Shown here piece after piece: positions 31,727 through 40,392 of a stretch of 64,000 bases of DNA. The position numbers were made by a program, and so were the translations under genes. The stretch comes from Gammaproteobacteria bacterium (GTDB lineage Bacteria > Pseudomonadota > Gammaproteobacteria > Eutrophobiales > Eutrophobiaceae): NCBI GenBank assembly GCA_965221695.1, contig OZ244905.1:2912001-2976000 (forward strand). Reading direction: 5' to 3'. The notes beneath the pieces were generated by a model. The model was not told the origin of the DNA. It searched no databases and worked only from the letters and a program-made list of their open reading frames with translations. Position 1 is the stretch's first letter. Each line of letters begins with the position of its first letter.

Positions 31727-32020
31727 TTAAAGGATCTCCTCATATAAATCTCTCCATGCTGGATTTTGTTTTTCAATAAGTTCCGTCTTCCATTTTCTGT
31801 TCCATTTTTTTATTTGCTTCTCTCGCATGAGAGCAGCGTCCCTATCACCATGTACTTCATAGTAAACCAGGCGATGTACGCTATATTTTTTGGTAAATCC
31901 ATCCACCACCTTATTTTTATGTTCCCACACGCGTGCAGGTAAATCGTTAGTGACGCCTGTATAAAGCGTGCCGTTCTGTTTGTTTGCCATGATATAAACT
32001 ATTGGCAGTTGTTCGCTCAT
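31727..32020 (-). CDS. small GIY-YIG nuclease family protein
   Basis: VYIMAN...TLYTGVTNDL..RVWEH, FTKKY, LVYYE, REKQIKKWNRKWK..LIE..NP.WRDL; AT-rich relative to neighbours. Confidence 0.93.
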   Translation of the reverse strand: MSEQLPIVYIMANKQNGTLYTGVTNDLPARVWEHKNKVVDGFTKKYSVHRLVYYEVHGDRDAALMREKQIKKWNRKWKTELIEKQNPAWRDLYEEIL

Positions 32021-32034
32021 ATCCCTTCCGCGAA

Positions 32035-33021
32035 TCAGCAATATCCATTCTCCTTAAACCAGTCGACCGCGTCCTCTATCGCAACGCGCGCCGGACGGGC
32101 TTCGTAACCCAGCGTTTGTTGCGCCAGGGCGGAGGAAAAATACATGTATTTTTTCGACATTTTAACGCCGTCTACTGTCGCGAACGGTTCCTTCCCGCTT
32201 GCCCGCGCCCACTGCTCCGCCAGCCAGGCGATGGGGTAGACTGCGTTGTGGGGCAGCCGCAGGCGCGGCGGCGCCAGGCCCGCGTAGTCGCAGATGATGC
32301 CGAGGATGGTCTGCAATGACAGGTTTTCCCCGCCCAGGATGTAACGTTTGCCGGCTTCGCCTTTTTCAAACGCCAGCAGGTGTCCGGCTGCGACATCATC
32401 CACATGGGCGATGTTCAGGCCCGTGTCCACGTAAGCCGGGATTTTCCCCCTTAGCGCATCGACGATGATGCGGCCGGTGGGCGTGGGTTTGATATCCCGC
32501 GGCCCGATGGGCGTGGACGGGTTGACGATAACCACGGGCAAACCCTGTTCCTCGACCAGTTCCAGCGCCGCCTGTTCGGCGAGGAACTTCGAGCGCTTGT
32601 AATGGCCGACCATGTGCCTCAAGCTTACCGGCGTGGTCTCGTCGGCAGGACTCCGGTCCCGGTTGATGCCCAGGGTTGCCACGCTGCTGGTGTACACCAT
32701 CCTGCTGACGCCGGCGTCTGCGGCCGCGCGCAACAGGTTCCGGGTCCCGTCCACGTTGGTTTGGTACATGCGTTCCGGGTCGGGTATCCACAGGCGGTAA
32801 TCCGCGGCGACATGGAACAAGTGGTTACAACCGAGCGCCGCTCGTTGCAGCGAGGCTGGGTCAGTCAGGTCGCCTTCGGCCAGTTCGACATCCAGTTGTT
32901 CCAGGTTGCGCCGGTCACTACCGGGCCTGACCAGCGCTCTTACCTGGCGGCCCTGCGCTAGCAGCGCCCGCGCCAGCGCGGATCCGACGAAACCGTTGGC
33001 GCCTGTTACCAGTGTGGTCAT
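32035..33021 (-). CDS. hpnA: hopanoid-associated NAD-dependent epimerase/dehydratase
   Basis: TGANGFVG, FHVAADYRLW, HYKRSK, GPRDIKPTPTG. Confidence 0.92.
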   Translation of the reverse strand: MTTLVTGANGFVGSALARALLAQGRQVRALVRPGSDRRNLEQLDVELAEGDLTDPASLQRAALGCNHLFHVAADYRLWIPDPERMYQTNVDGTRNLLRAAADAGVSRMVYTSSVATLGINRDRSPADETTPVSLRHMVGHYKRSKFLAEQAALELVEEQGLPVVIVNPSTPIGPRDIKPTPTGRIIVDALRGKIPAYVDTGLNIAHVDDVAAGHLLAFEKGEAGKRYILGGENLSLQTILGIICDYAGLAPPRLRLPHNAVYPIAWLAEQWARASGKEPFATVDGVKMSKKYMYFSSALAQQTLGYEARPARVAIEDAVDWFKENGYC

Positions 33022-33049
33022 GGCTTGGTACGGCTTCTGGAAGTGGAAT

Positions 33050-33655
33050 TCAATTTCGTCCCCTCTTGCATTGCTGGTACTCGCGCAGAGTCCACAATGC
33101 GAACACGGGCGCGCCGATGGCGGCGATGATGAGGAACGGCTGCAGCATATCGAACAACGTGACCAGCGGCAGCAGGTAGAAGATATCTTCGATCTCGAAC
33201 AGCCCGATGCCGGGTTGTTCAACCTTGAACCTGCCGGTAGCGCTGCCGATCATCATACGCAGGTGAAAGGTTACGGCCACGGCAACGCCGGCGAGAATTC
33301 CGATGAACAGCGCCCCGGCGCCCAGCGGACCGTGCAGCAGGCCAAAGCCTATGCTCACAAACAGCAAGATATTGATGATGGCATCGCTAATGAGATCGTA
33401 GAAATGGCCGGACTTACTGGTCTTGCCGGTGAGCCGGGCCAGCTCTCCGTCGCTATGGTCGAGAAAGTTTGACAGCGCAAAACACCAGGCGCCGGCGTTA
33501 ATCCGTTGCGGGTCCCCGGTGGCGAGCAGCATACAGGCGACGACACCGGTGATCAAACGCACCGTCGTCAGGTGGTTGGGTGTGACAGCAGTATTGCGTA
33601 ACGGATAAACCAGCCAAGCCGCCAGCCGCGCGTCCAGCGGTTTGTCATTGTGCAT
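33050..33655 (-). CDS. CDP-alcohol phosphatidyltransferase family protein
   Basis: TPNHLT, DHSDGELAR...SGHFYDLISD signature. Confidence 0.9.
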   Translation of the reverse strand: MHNDKPLDARLAAWLVYPLRNTAVTPNHLTTVRLITGVVACMLLATGDPQRINAGAWCFALSNFLDHSDGELARLTGKTSKSGHFYDLISDAIINILLFVSIGFGLLHGPLGAGALFIGILAGVAVAVTFHLRMMIGSATGRFKVEQPGIGLFEIEDIFYLLPLVTLFDMLQPFLIIAAIGAPVFALWTLREYQQCKRGRN

Positions 33656-33739
33656 TCGGGCGCTTCCGACAGGCTTCCATAGGCTATGAATTATATCGCA
33701 TCAGATAGTTAAAACACACGAGGACTCATGTAATTTATA

Positions 33740-36385
33740 TTAATCCCGCGGTTTTCCAACTACGGTCAGCAGCGCCGGCAGCACCAGCAGCATGCAGACC
33801 AGGGTGACGCCGATGCCCAGGGTGAGCAGTATGCCCATACTGGCCGTGCCTGCGTGGGGCGACAGCGCGAGGTTGCCGACCCCGCCCATGGTGGTCAGCG
33901 AGCTGACGACGACTGCACGCGCGGAACTGGTGGCCAGGATATTTCTCCCGTCCGGCAGGTCTGTACGGAACCTGTGGATGATATGGATGCCGCTGTCCAC
34001 GCCGATGCCCAGTAGCAGGGGCAGGGCGATGACGTTGGCGAAGTTCAGCGGCAAGCCGGCCAGCACGCTGATGGCGCCGGTGATCAGCGCCGCAGTGAGC
34101 AGGGGGACCAGCGCCAGAAACACGTCTCTTTTGCGCGCCAGCAGTAGATACAGCATGATCGTGATGGCAATGAACGCGTACAAAAAGGCCTGACGGAACG
34201 CTAAGGATACCGCATCGCTGGCTTCCAGGTTGATGACCGGTGGTCCGGTGACTGCGGGTGATATGGACTGAATTCCGCGCACGAATTCCCGCAGCGCCTG
34301 GTTGTCTTGCATGTCTCGCCGCGGGTAGATTTCGATGCGATGCTTGCCGTCGGCGCTGACCCAAAGACGTTTGAGCGCATCCGGTAGGGTTTCCAGGGAG
34401 ATGAAATCGGCGTCCAGAGATGCATTCAATACCTCCAGCCGCCCGGGGAGCGATGCCAGCAGCATCTGTTCCAGTTGCGCAAGCTGTGCTGCGTCGGGGT
34501 GAGAAATCCCCGGTTTTTGCCCGGTTGAATCTTGTGGTTCCCGAACGCTACCCGTTTGTGCTTGCAGCAACGCCGCCAGGTTGGCTTGCAGGCGCGTATG
34601 GACCGGGTCGTTAACCCCGGCTTGTTGCAGTGTTTCCTGGAATCCGAGCAGCGCGGTCAGGCGCGCCCCGCCGGTTTGCGCTGCGGGGTCCGGCGCCGCA
34701 ACCACCAGGTCGCCCAGCAGCAGGCCCATCTCATCGATGATAAACAGCTTCTCGTCTTGGTCTACGGGGATGAAGTCCGCCACTGTGACCACCTTGTCCA
34801 CCAGTTCAGATTGAGTAAACGCGTCACGGTACCTGTCCGCCTCATCGTCGCCGGCGATCATGATTGCGGTCCAGGGCGTCAGGTCATTGTCCGCGAGCAG
34901 CTCCCGGTATGCAGTCAGCGCGCCGCCGTCTTGGGGGTGCAGGTTCAGCGGATTGTGGTCGAAGCGCAGGCCGCCCAGCGCGGCGGCGGAGACCAGGACC
35001 ACGCAGACCGAGACGCCGAGTATCTTTCCTGCATGCTGTTCCACCAGGTGTGCGCCGCCGAGTGTCGCCCGGTGCGCGCCCGCGTTGTAGGGCAGCAGTG
35101 ACAACAGCGCCGGTATCACCGTGAGTGTGACCACGAAACTGACGAACATGCCGACGCCGGATATCCAGCCGAGTTCGGCGACACCCGTGAAATCTGTGGG
35201 GATGAAGGCAAAAAAGCCGATAGCGGTGCTGACCGCGCACAAGAACAGGGAGTCGCCGATGTTGACCGATGTCTCATCCAGGGCGCGCGCCCGGTCCGTA
35301 CCGTCGAGCAGGTGTTCCCGATAACGCAAGCAGTAGTGGATAGCAAAATCGACCCCCAGGCCGATGTACAACACCGCGAAGGCCACAGAAATCAGGTTCA
35401 GTTCGCCTACCGTGAGAATGGCGAACGCGGCGGTAAAAATCAGGCCGGTTACGAGGCTGATCACACTGACCAGCGCCAGCATGAAGGAACTCAGGCCCGT
35501 GACCATGATGAAAGTGACCAGGCACAGGGCCAGAAAGATGGCCGTTTCCGTACCTTGCATCACGCTCACCATTTCCTCGTGCGCGAGCATGGTGGCCCCG
35601 GTCAGGCGCAGTCCTGCGCCCGGGGACGCGGCGATGCCGAGTTCATCGTAGGCTGCGCGGATCATGTCGACGGCCGGGGTTGCCGGAAAAAATCCGGCGT
35701 AATCCAGTTTTGGCTGTGTCAGGATAAATTCGCGGTACGGAGCCGTGCCCGCGTCGTCTGCGTCTCCGGACATGAGTTGCTGCCAGGACAGGCGATAGGG
35801 GCGGCCGTCTTGCAGCGCTTCCAACGCTGTGTTGATGCGGGTGAAGATGGGTTCGAGTTGTACCTGCTCACCGTCACCGGCGGCCTCCAGCGCTTCGCCC
35901 AGCGCCCCGAACAGGCCCTGGAGAGTGGGGTCCCGGGCCAGTCTCGCAAGAAACGGCTGCACCTCGGCGAGATTGTCGGACAGGTCTTGCAGTTGCGCGG
36001 GTTCCAGGTACAGCAGTCCGGATTCCCGAAATACCGGCAGCGCGTTCGGGTAGTAGACGAACTCGAACAGGTCCCGCTCTGCCTGCAGCCGCTCGTACAG
36101 CAGCATTGCCGCATCGCCGGCCTGGTCCGGCGTAGCGGCTTCCAGGACGATCAGGATGTTGTTGTCGTACTGCGGGAACAGCCGCTCATATTCCTGGTCC
36201 AGTTGCCGCCAGGCAAGCTGTGCGGAAAGCATGTCTTCCGTGTCGGTATTCACTGCAATATTGTCCACGGTGTAGCGCACCGCAAAAAAGGCAAGCGCAA
36301 ACACCGCCAGCAACACTGCCGGCGCGGCCCTGCGTACCAGGCGCACCCACTTGAGCAACAGCATGGAGGAGAATTGCTTCAGCAT
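33740..36385 (-). CDS. hpnN: hopanoid transporter, MMPL/RND family
   Basis: two RND TM blocks (IGLGVDFAIH, LGIGVDSGIH), PLNFANVIALPLLL; hpn context. Confidence 0.9.
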   Translation of the reverse strand: MLKQFSSMLLLKWVRLVRRAAPAVLLAVFALAFFAVRYTVDNIAVNTDTEDMLSAQLAWRQLDQEYERLFPQYDNNILIVLEAATPDQAGDAAMLLYERLQAERDLFEFVYYPNALPVFRESGLLYLEPAQLQDLSDNLAEVQPFLARLARDPTLQGLFGALGEALEAAGDGEQVQLEPIFTRINTALEALQDGRPYRLSWQQLMSGDADDAGTAPYREFILTQPKLDYAGFFPATPAVDMIRAAYDELGIAASPGAGLRLTGATMLAHEEMVSVMQGTETAIFLALCLVTFIMVTGLSSFMLALVSVISLVTGLIFTAAFAILTVGELNLISVAFAVLYIGLGVDFAIHYCLRYREHLLDGTDRARALDETSVNIGDSLFLCAVSTAIGFFAFIPTDFTGVAELGWISGVGMFVSFVVTLTVIPALLSLLPYNAGAHRATLGGAHLVEQHAGKILGVSVCVVLVSAAALGGLRFDHNPLNLHPQDGGALTAYRELLADNDLTPWTAIMIAGDDEADRYRDAFTQSELVDKVVTVADFIPVDQDEKLFIIDEMGLLLGDLVVAAPDPAAQTGGARLTALLGFQETLQQAGVNDPVHTRLQANLAALLQAQTGSVREPQDSTGQKPGISHPDAAQLAQLEQMLLASLPGRLEVLNASLDADFISLETLPDALKRLWVSADGKHRIEIYPRRDMQDNQALREFVRGIQSISPAVTGPPVINLEASDAVSLAFRQAFLYAFIAITIMLYLLLARKRDVFLALVPLLTAALITGAISVLAGLPLNFANVIALPLLLGIGVDSGIHIIHRFRTDLPDGRNILATSSARAVVVSSLTTMGGVGNLALSPHAGTASMGILLTLGIGVTLVCMLLVLPALLTVVGKPRD

Positions 36386-36389
36386 ATTA

Positions 36390-36652
36390 GTACTCTTTCA
36401 ACTTAATTTTGACATGTTCAGCGGGTCGGGAAGCGGTTGAGCGCAAGGCGCGGTGCGCAGGGAATGGCGCGCCCTTCGCAAGCGGCGCAACGCAGCGGGC
36501 GACCGCTTCCCGGCCCGCCCATAGGGAGCCACACAGCGACGCCAATACGGCGTTGCAGCCCTTGGCAAGGGCGCGCCATTCCCGGCGGGCTGCGCCTTGT
36601 CTTGTCGTCGCTGTGTGGCTCTGAATATGTCAAAATTAAGTTGAAAGAGTAC
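36390..36652. mobile_element. MITE with ~32-bp TIRs and TA duplication (IS630/Tc1-type ends)
   Basis: TA-GTACTCTTTCAACTTAATTTTGACATGTTCAG ... CTGAATATGTCAAAATTAAGTTGAAAGAGTAC-TA (1 mismatch); internal inverted repeats. Confidence 0.88.
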
Positions 36653-36661
36653 TAGTATTAA

Positions 36662-36824
36662 TGGGTCACCCTTCGGGCGACACGGTATTCGACTGGACTC
36701 CTGCTTCCCAGCCTGCCCCTGTATGGCGTTGAGCAGGGGCAGGAGTGGTTATGGTGGCGGCGCTCACGCAAGCGCCCCGCATCCCATTCCCGCGCAAGCG
36801 GGAATCCAGTGAAACAACAGGTTA
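36662..36824. repeat. REP/BIME-like copy with loop insertion
   Basis: central hairpin, inverted REP carrying a ~30-bp insert, then CCATTCCCGCGCAAGCGGGAATCCAGTG. Confidence 0.88.
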
Positions 36825-36891
36825 CCTTTTTATAAACCAGTTAGATGTTTTTGACAAGTCCAGTCTTGTCCTTGTTACAGCGGCGTAGCCA

Positions 36892-37674
36892 TCACCCCTG
36901 CGCCAACAAGACTCTGCCGGTTCGCTTCAGGGTGATGTTGGCGCAGTGCGCGGCGAGGGCCAGGCGTACGATTGTCGGGATTTGTGCGGGAGACCTGGCG
37001 AGGTCGAGCATAAGTCCTGCGGCATCGACTTCGCCAAAGGCGTCAACCCGTCGCAGAGCGGTGTCCGGTAGCGCCATGCCCGCGTCATCGATGATGGCGC
37101 GCAATACCAAGGTCGGCAGGCCGTAGCGGCCCGCTATTTCAAGCGCTCCGGCGCTTTCCATATCGACTGCCAACGCCCCGGTGCGTTCGAACAGCTTTTG
37201 CTTCTGCACGGCCGATGCAACCGGTTCCGCCACACAGGCCAGCAACCCTTTATGAATCCTGGTTTGGGACATGCGGAAAACTTTCAGGACACCCATATAA
37301 CTTTCAGGACAATTTCGCGCAAAATAACCAGGTCGCCCTTGAGAATTTCGGGACAACCATTCTATAGCCAGCTCAGACAAGTCTGCGTCCGCGGTATATT
37401 TCTTTCCCTCTTCGCAGACCTGTTGTGCAACCACCAGGTCGCCCGGCCTGAGTGAAGGCGCCAATGCTCCTGCGGTACCGACCACAGCCAGGCAGTCAGC
37501 GCCTGCATCGACCAGGTTCTGTGCGGCCTGCCGCGCCCGCCCCCGGCCCATACCGGACAGGATCAGCAGGGTTTTTTCATTGAGTTCCACAGGTTGCTGC
37601 GCGGGCAGTTTCCCGTGCTTAAAGCGCCGCGCCTCGGAACGAAGCGCACAGATTATGCCAAGTCTGTGGTTCAA
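36892..37674 (-). CDS. hpnG: hopanoid-associated phosphorylase/nucleosidase
   Basis: LGIICALRSEA, SGMG, GTAGALAP.LRPGD, AVDMES, LRAIID; TTG start overlaps the squalene synthase stop. Confidence 0.85.
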   Translation of the reverse strand: MNHRLGIICALRSEARRFKHGKLPAQQPVELNEKTLLILSGMGRGRARQAAQNLVDAGADCLAVVGTAGALAPSLRPGDLVVAQQVCEEGKKYTADADLSELAIEWLSRNSQGRPGYFARNCPESYMGVLKVFRMSQTRIHKGLLACVAEPVASAVQKQKLFERTGALAVDMESAGALEIAGRYGLPTLVLRAIIDDAGMALPDTALRRVDAFGEVDAAGLMLDLARSPAQIPTIVRLALAAHCANITLKRTGRVLLAQG

Positions 37675-38711
37675 GCCGCGGGCAGGCCGGCTGCCAGCCT
37701 GTTGAACAGCCATCTCAGCAGGAAGTCGTGACGGGTAAGCAGATTCGTGGAGATGATAGTGGTCTTGACGGCGCGGCGCGAGATCTTGACTTGGTCGCCG
37801 GAGGTAAACCCGCGCCGGCTGTTGATGTTGCGTAAGGTCAGCACCGCCATGCCCAGCGCCCACAGGCAGAAGCGCCTGATCCCGGTCTCATTGCTTGGCA
37901 GCAGCAGCGTGTATGTCAGTGCATTGCTCAAATGCATACGGGCAACGCCGATCAACTGACCCAAAGCCTGCTGAAATTCCTCGCCGTTGCGCAGGGGCGC
38001 CCCATCGTCCAGGGAAACGCCGTGGCTTTCCAGCACCGAGCGCGGCAACCAGCACATGTTGCGTTGCTGGTCGTCCCAGATGTCCTTGAGGATATTGGTC
38101 ATCTGCAGGCCCTGGCCGAACGATACCGCCAGTTGCATCAGCTCGTCGTGGTGTTGGTCGATGACGCTGGAATAGTCGCAGAACAGCTCGGTGAGCATCT
38201 CTCCCACGACACCCGCGACGTAATAACAGTAGCTGTCCATGTCTTGCTGGTCTTTCAGGCCGTTTGCGACGTTTGCCTCCTGGTATCGGGACATGCCATC
38301 GGCCATGATCCTGATACAGCGTTGCAATGCCGCCTGCTGTCGTTCGTTGAAACTGAGAGTGATGCGGATGACTGCGGGCGTGTTCCGAACCAGGTCGTGT
38401 TCCTCGTCGGTAGCGCTTGCTGACAACCGGGGCTGCAGGTCAAGCGCGAACTGCTGCGCGTCTTCTGTGCCATTGACCACCCGGATAAACCGGTCGGAGA
38501 ACTGCCGTTTGTCTACATAGGGCAATTGCTTGTCGTCTTCGATGGTATCGGCGATGCGGCACAGCAGGTAGGCATTGCCCACCACCCGCTCCAGGGAATC
38601 AGGGAGTTGCGGAATGGTCAGCGCAAAGGTGCGTGAAACACCTTGAAGAATTTCATGTTGGTAGGCAAGGTCTGCCGGCGCCGGTCTGTTCATTGGAGAG
38701 AAATATGCCAA
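37671..38711 (-). CDS. squalene synthase (farnesyl-diphosphate farnesyltransferase, single-enzyme type)
   Basis: VSRTFAL flap, DTIEDD, YCYYVAGVVG, GLQMTNILKD, VKISRR; start may be 38693. Confidence 0.85.
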   Translation of the reverse strand: MAYFSPMNRPAPADLAYQHEILQGVSRTFALTIPQLPDSLERVVGNAYLLCRIADTIEDDKQLPYVDKRQFSDRFIRVVNGTEDAQQFALDLQPRLSASATDEEHDLVRNTPAVIRITLSFNERQQAALQRCIRIMADGMSRYQEANVANGLKDQQDMDSYCYYVAGVVGEMLTELFCDYSSVIDQHHDELMQLAVSFGQGLQMTNILKDIWDDQQRNMCWLPRSVLESHGVSLDDGAPLRNGEEFQQALGQLIGVARMHLSNALTYTLLLPSNETGIRRFCLWALGMAVLTLRNINSRRGFTSGDQVKISRRAVKTTIISTNLLTRHDFLLRWLFNRLAAGLPAA

Positions 38712-38851
38712 CTATCGATGACAATGGCAAGGGTTTCATGTATTACTTGTTTCATGTATTGCTCAGCAGTTCCCGCTCACTTCTGGAATCACAGGCGTTC
38801 CGCCCTTAGGCAGGCGAGACGCCCGTGCCCCCAGCGCTACGGCGCCAGCCA

Positions 38852-39850
38852 TTACCGATCCGATGATGTGGTTAATCCTTTTCGCCGTTTCAGATAGCGC
38901 CGGCTTTCCACTTGTTGCAGGGTAAGCAGCCCCATCGGATCGAATATCAGGTCGCGGATGCGCAATGACAGTGACAAGGCCAGGCAAAATCCGGGGTCGA
39001 AGCCAACCAGCGCGCCGATCAGGATGAACGCGCCTTCCTGTACCCCGTAAGCGTTGGGAATGATGAACGCGAGATCGCTCAAAACGGTTGTCAGGCTACG
39101 CAGTAACAAGGCTTCGAACATGCTGACAGGTTGTCCCAGCAGCAGGCAGGCCAACCACAGCTCGACGGTGTGCAGCGCCAGCGATGCCAGCCGATACAGC
39201 GTCGCGAGCAGGATTTTGCGCTGCTTGCCGTACAATTCCCGCACCAGCCGGTCCGCTTCCTCGGCAGAAAACCTGACGCCTTGCCAGGCTTCGTGTTTTA
39301 CCAGCTTCTCCGCCAATTTCGCCAGCGCCCCGAGCATGCCGTAACGCTGGATAACGATGAGGCCGCCGGCGCTGAATAACAGGAACAGAATGCCGGCTAC
39401 CGCGTACGGAACCAAGCGGTTGTCACCGGGCAAGAGGGTCAGAAGCAACACGCCGATCAGCGCCCAGCAGGCAAGCGCCAGCGCTTGAACGGTCTTGTCT
39501 GCCATCACCGATGCCGCGGCATGGGCCGTGCCCGTGCCCCAGATAGACAGCAGCCTTGCCTTGACCACCTCTCCGCCAATGGATGCCACGGGTAACAGGT
39601 TGTTGACCGCGCGCCCCATCCACAATGCCAGCAGCGCATGGCTGAAGCGCGGCGTCTCGCTGGAACGGAATAACTGGCGCCAGCCCTCGGTTGCCGGCAA
39701 CAACGTAGGCAACCAGACCAACGGCAGCAACAGCAGGTACCAACCCGAATTCAGCAGTAGCCGGAACACATCCATGAAGCCCTGCCAGAGCAACAGGCCA
39801 ATGAGCAGCGCCAGCCCGAGTACAAGGCCAAGTTGTGTCAGTAACCGCAT
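38852..39850 (-). CDS. lysylphosphatidylglycerol-synthase/flippase-like membrane protein (HpnL-like)
   Basis: AVNNLLPVASIGGEVVKARLL, IPNAYGVQEG; hpn context. Confidence 0.8.
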   Translation of the reverse strand: MRLLTQLGLVLGLALLIGLLLWQGFMDVFRLLLNSGWYLLLLPLVWLPTLLPATEGWRQLFRSSETPRFSHALLALWMGRAVNNLLPVASIGGEVVKARLLSIWGTGTAHAAASVMADKTVQALALACWALIGVLLLTLLPGDNRLVPYAVAGILFLLFSAGGLIVIQRYGMLGALAKLAEKLVKHEAWQGVRFSAEEADRLVRELYGKQRKILLATLYRLASLALHTVELWLACLLLGQPVSMFEALLLRSLTTVLSDLAFIIPNAYGVQEGAFILIGALVGFDPGFCLALSLSLRIRDLIFDPMGLLTLQQVESRRYLKRRKGLTTSSDR

Positions 39851-40041
39851 GGGGAAATAAGCCGTCTGCAAATATCCGTATCAAGGACATATAAATTCAA
39901 AAATCCACCCTCTTGTCGTCCATGAGCGTCGGTCTTGATGACATGAAATCATCATAAGCAACCGGTAGCTCTGCAAAAGAAGTCCAGTATACCTTATATC
40001 CATCTGTGACAAGAGGTCAATCAAGTTTTCCATGAAGCAAA

Positions 40042-40392
40042 ATGGTATTCACGCACATCGCAATTATTTATAATAAAATGACCGTCCACATATTTTTGCG
40101 CGATTTGGAAGGCGCTGTGAAGGATCAGGATGATTTTTCAGATGGCCGTATACCGCGTAGCGCAGCTTGGGAGATGGATAAAACACAGAAGACCTTTGCC
40201 GAGCAGTTTTATCTTGAGGAGGCCGGTTTTTTCCGGCGCCTCGGTCGCGATATCCGTCTGCTCGTTTATCTCGTCATGACTATCATAATGTGGGTCAAGG
40301 CCGGGAAGTTCCGCTCTGAATTCCGTCGCTGCCGGGCCGCAGGCGAACCGTATTATGTCGACAGATTCAGCTCCCCGGAGACCGAAAAGTGA
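40042..40392 (+). CDS. small protein with one hydrophobic segment, coupled to the RdhA-like gene (start may be 40117 or 40174)
   Basis: LLVYLVMTIIMWV segment; GTGA overlap with the next gene. Confidence 0.6.
   Translation: MVFTHIAIIYNKMTVHIFLRDLEGAVKDQDDFSDGRIPRSAAWEMDKTQKTFAEQFYLEEAGFFRRLGRDIRLLVYLVMTIIMWVKAGKFRSEFRRCRAAGEPYYVDRFSSPETEK

Noticed and set aside
30963-31747. ORFs of 243 and 205 aa across the repeat array
   Set aside because: They are translations of the repeat itself (WIPVSTGM, PFPWKRESS) with no independent coding evidence.
33022-33222. Extended N-termini from the ORF track (hpnA; likewise hpnG, hpnM, rnfD, vapB, LysR)
   Set aside because: The extensions overlap upstream genes or lack family similarity; downstream starts match the family N-termini.
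34490-34560. Possible insertion in hpnN (QTGSVREPQDSTGQKPGISHPD)
   Set aside because: It looks like a low-complexity loop, but I saw no flanking duplication or second copy, so it cannot be supported without an alignment.
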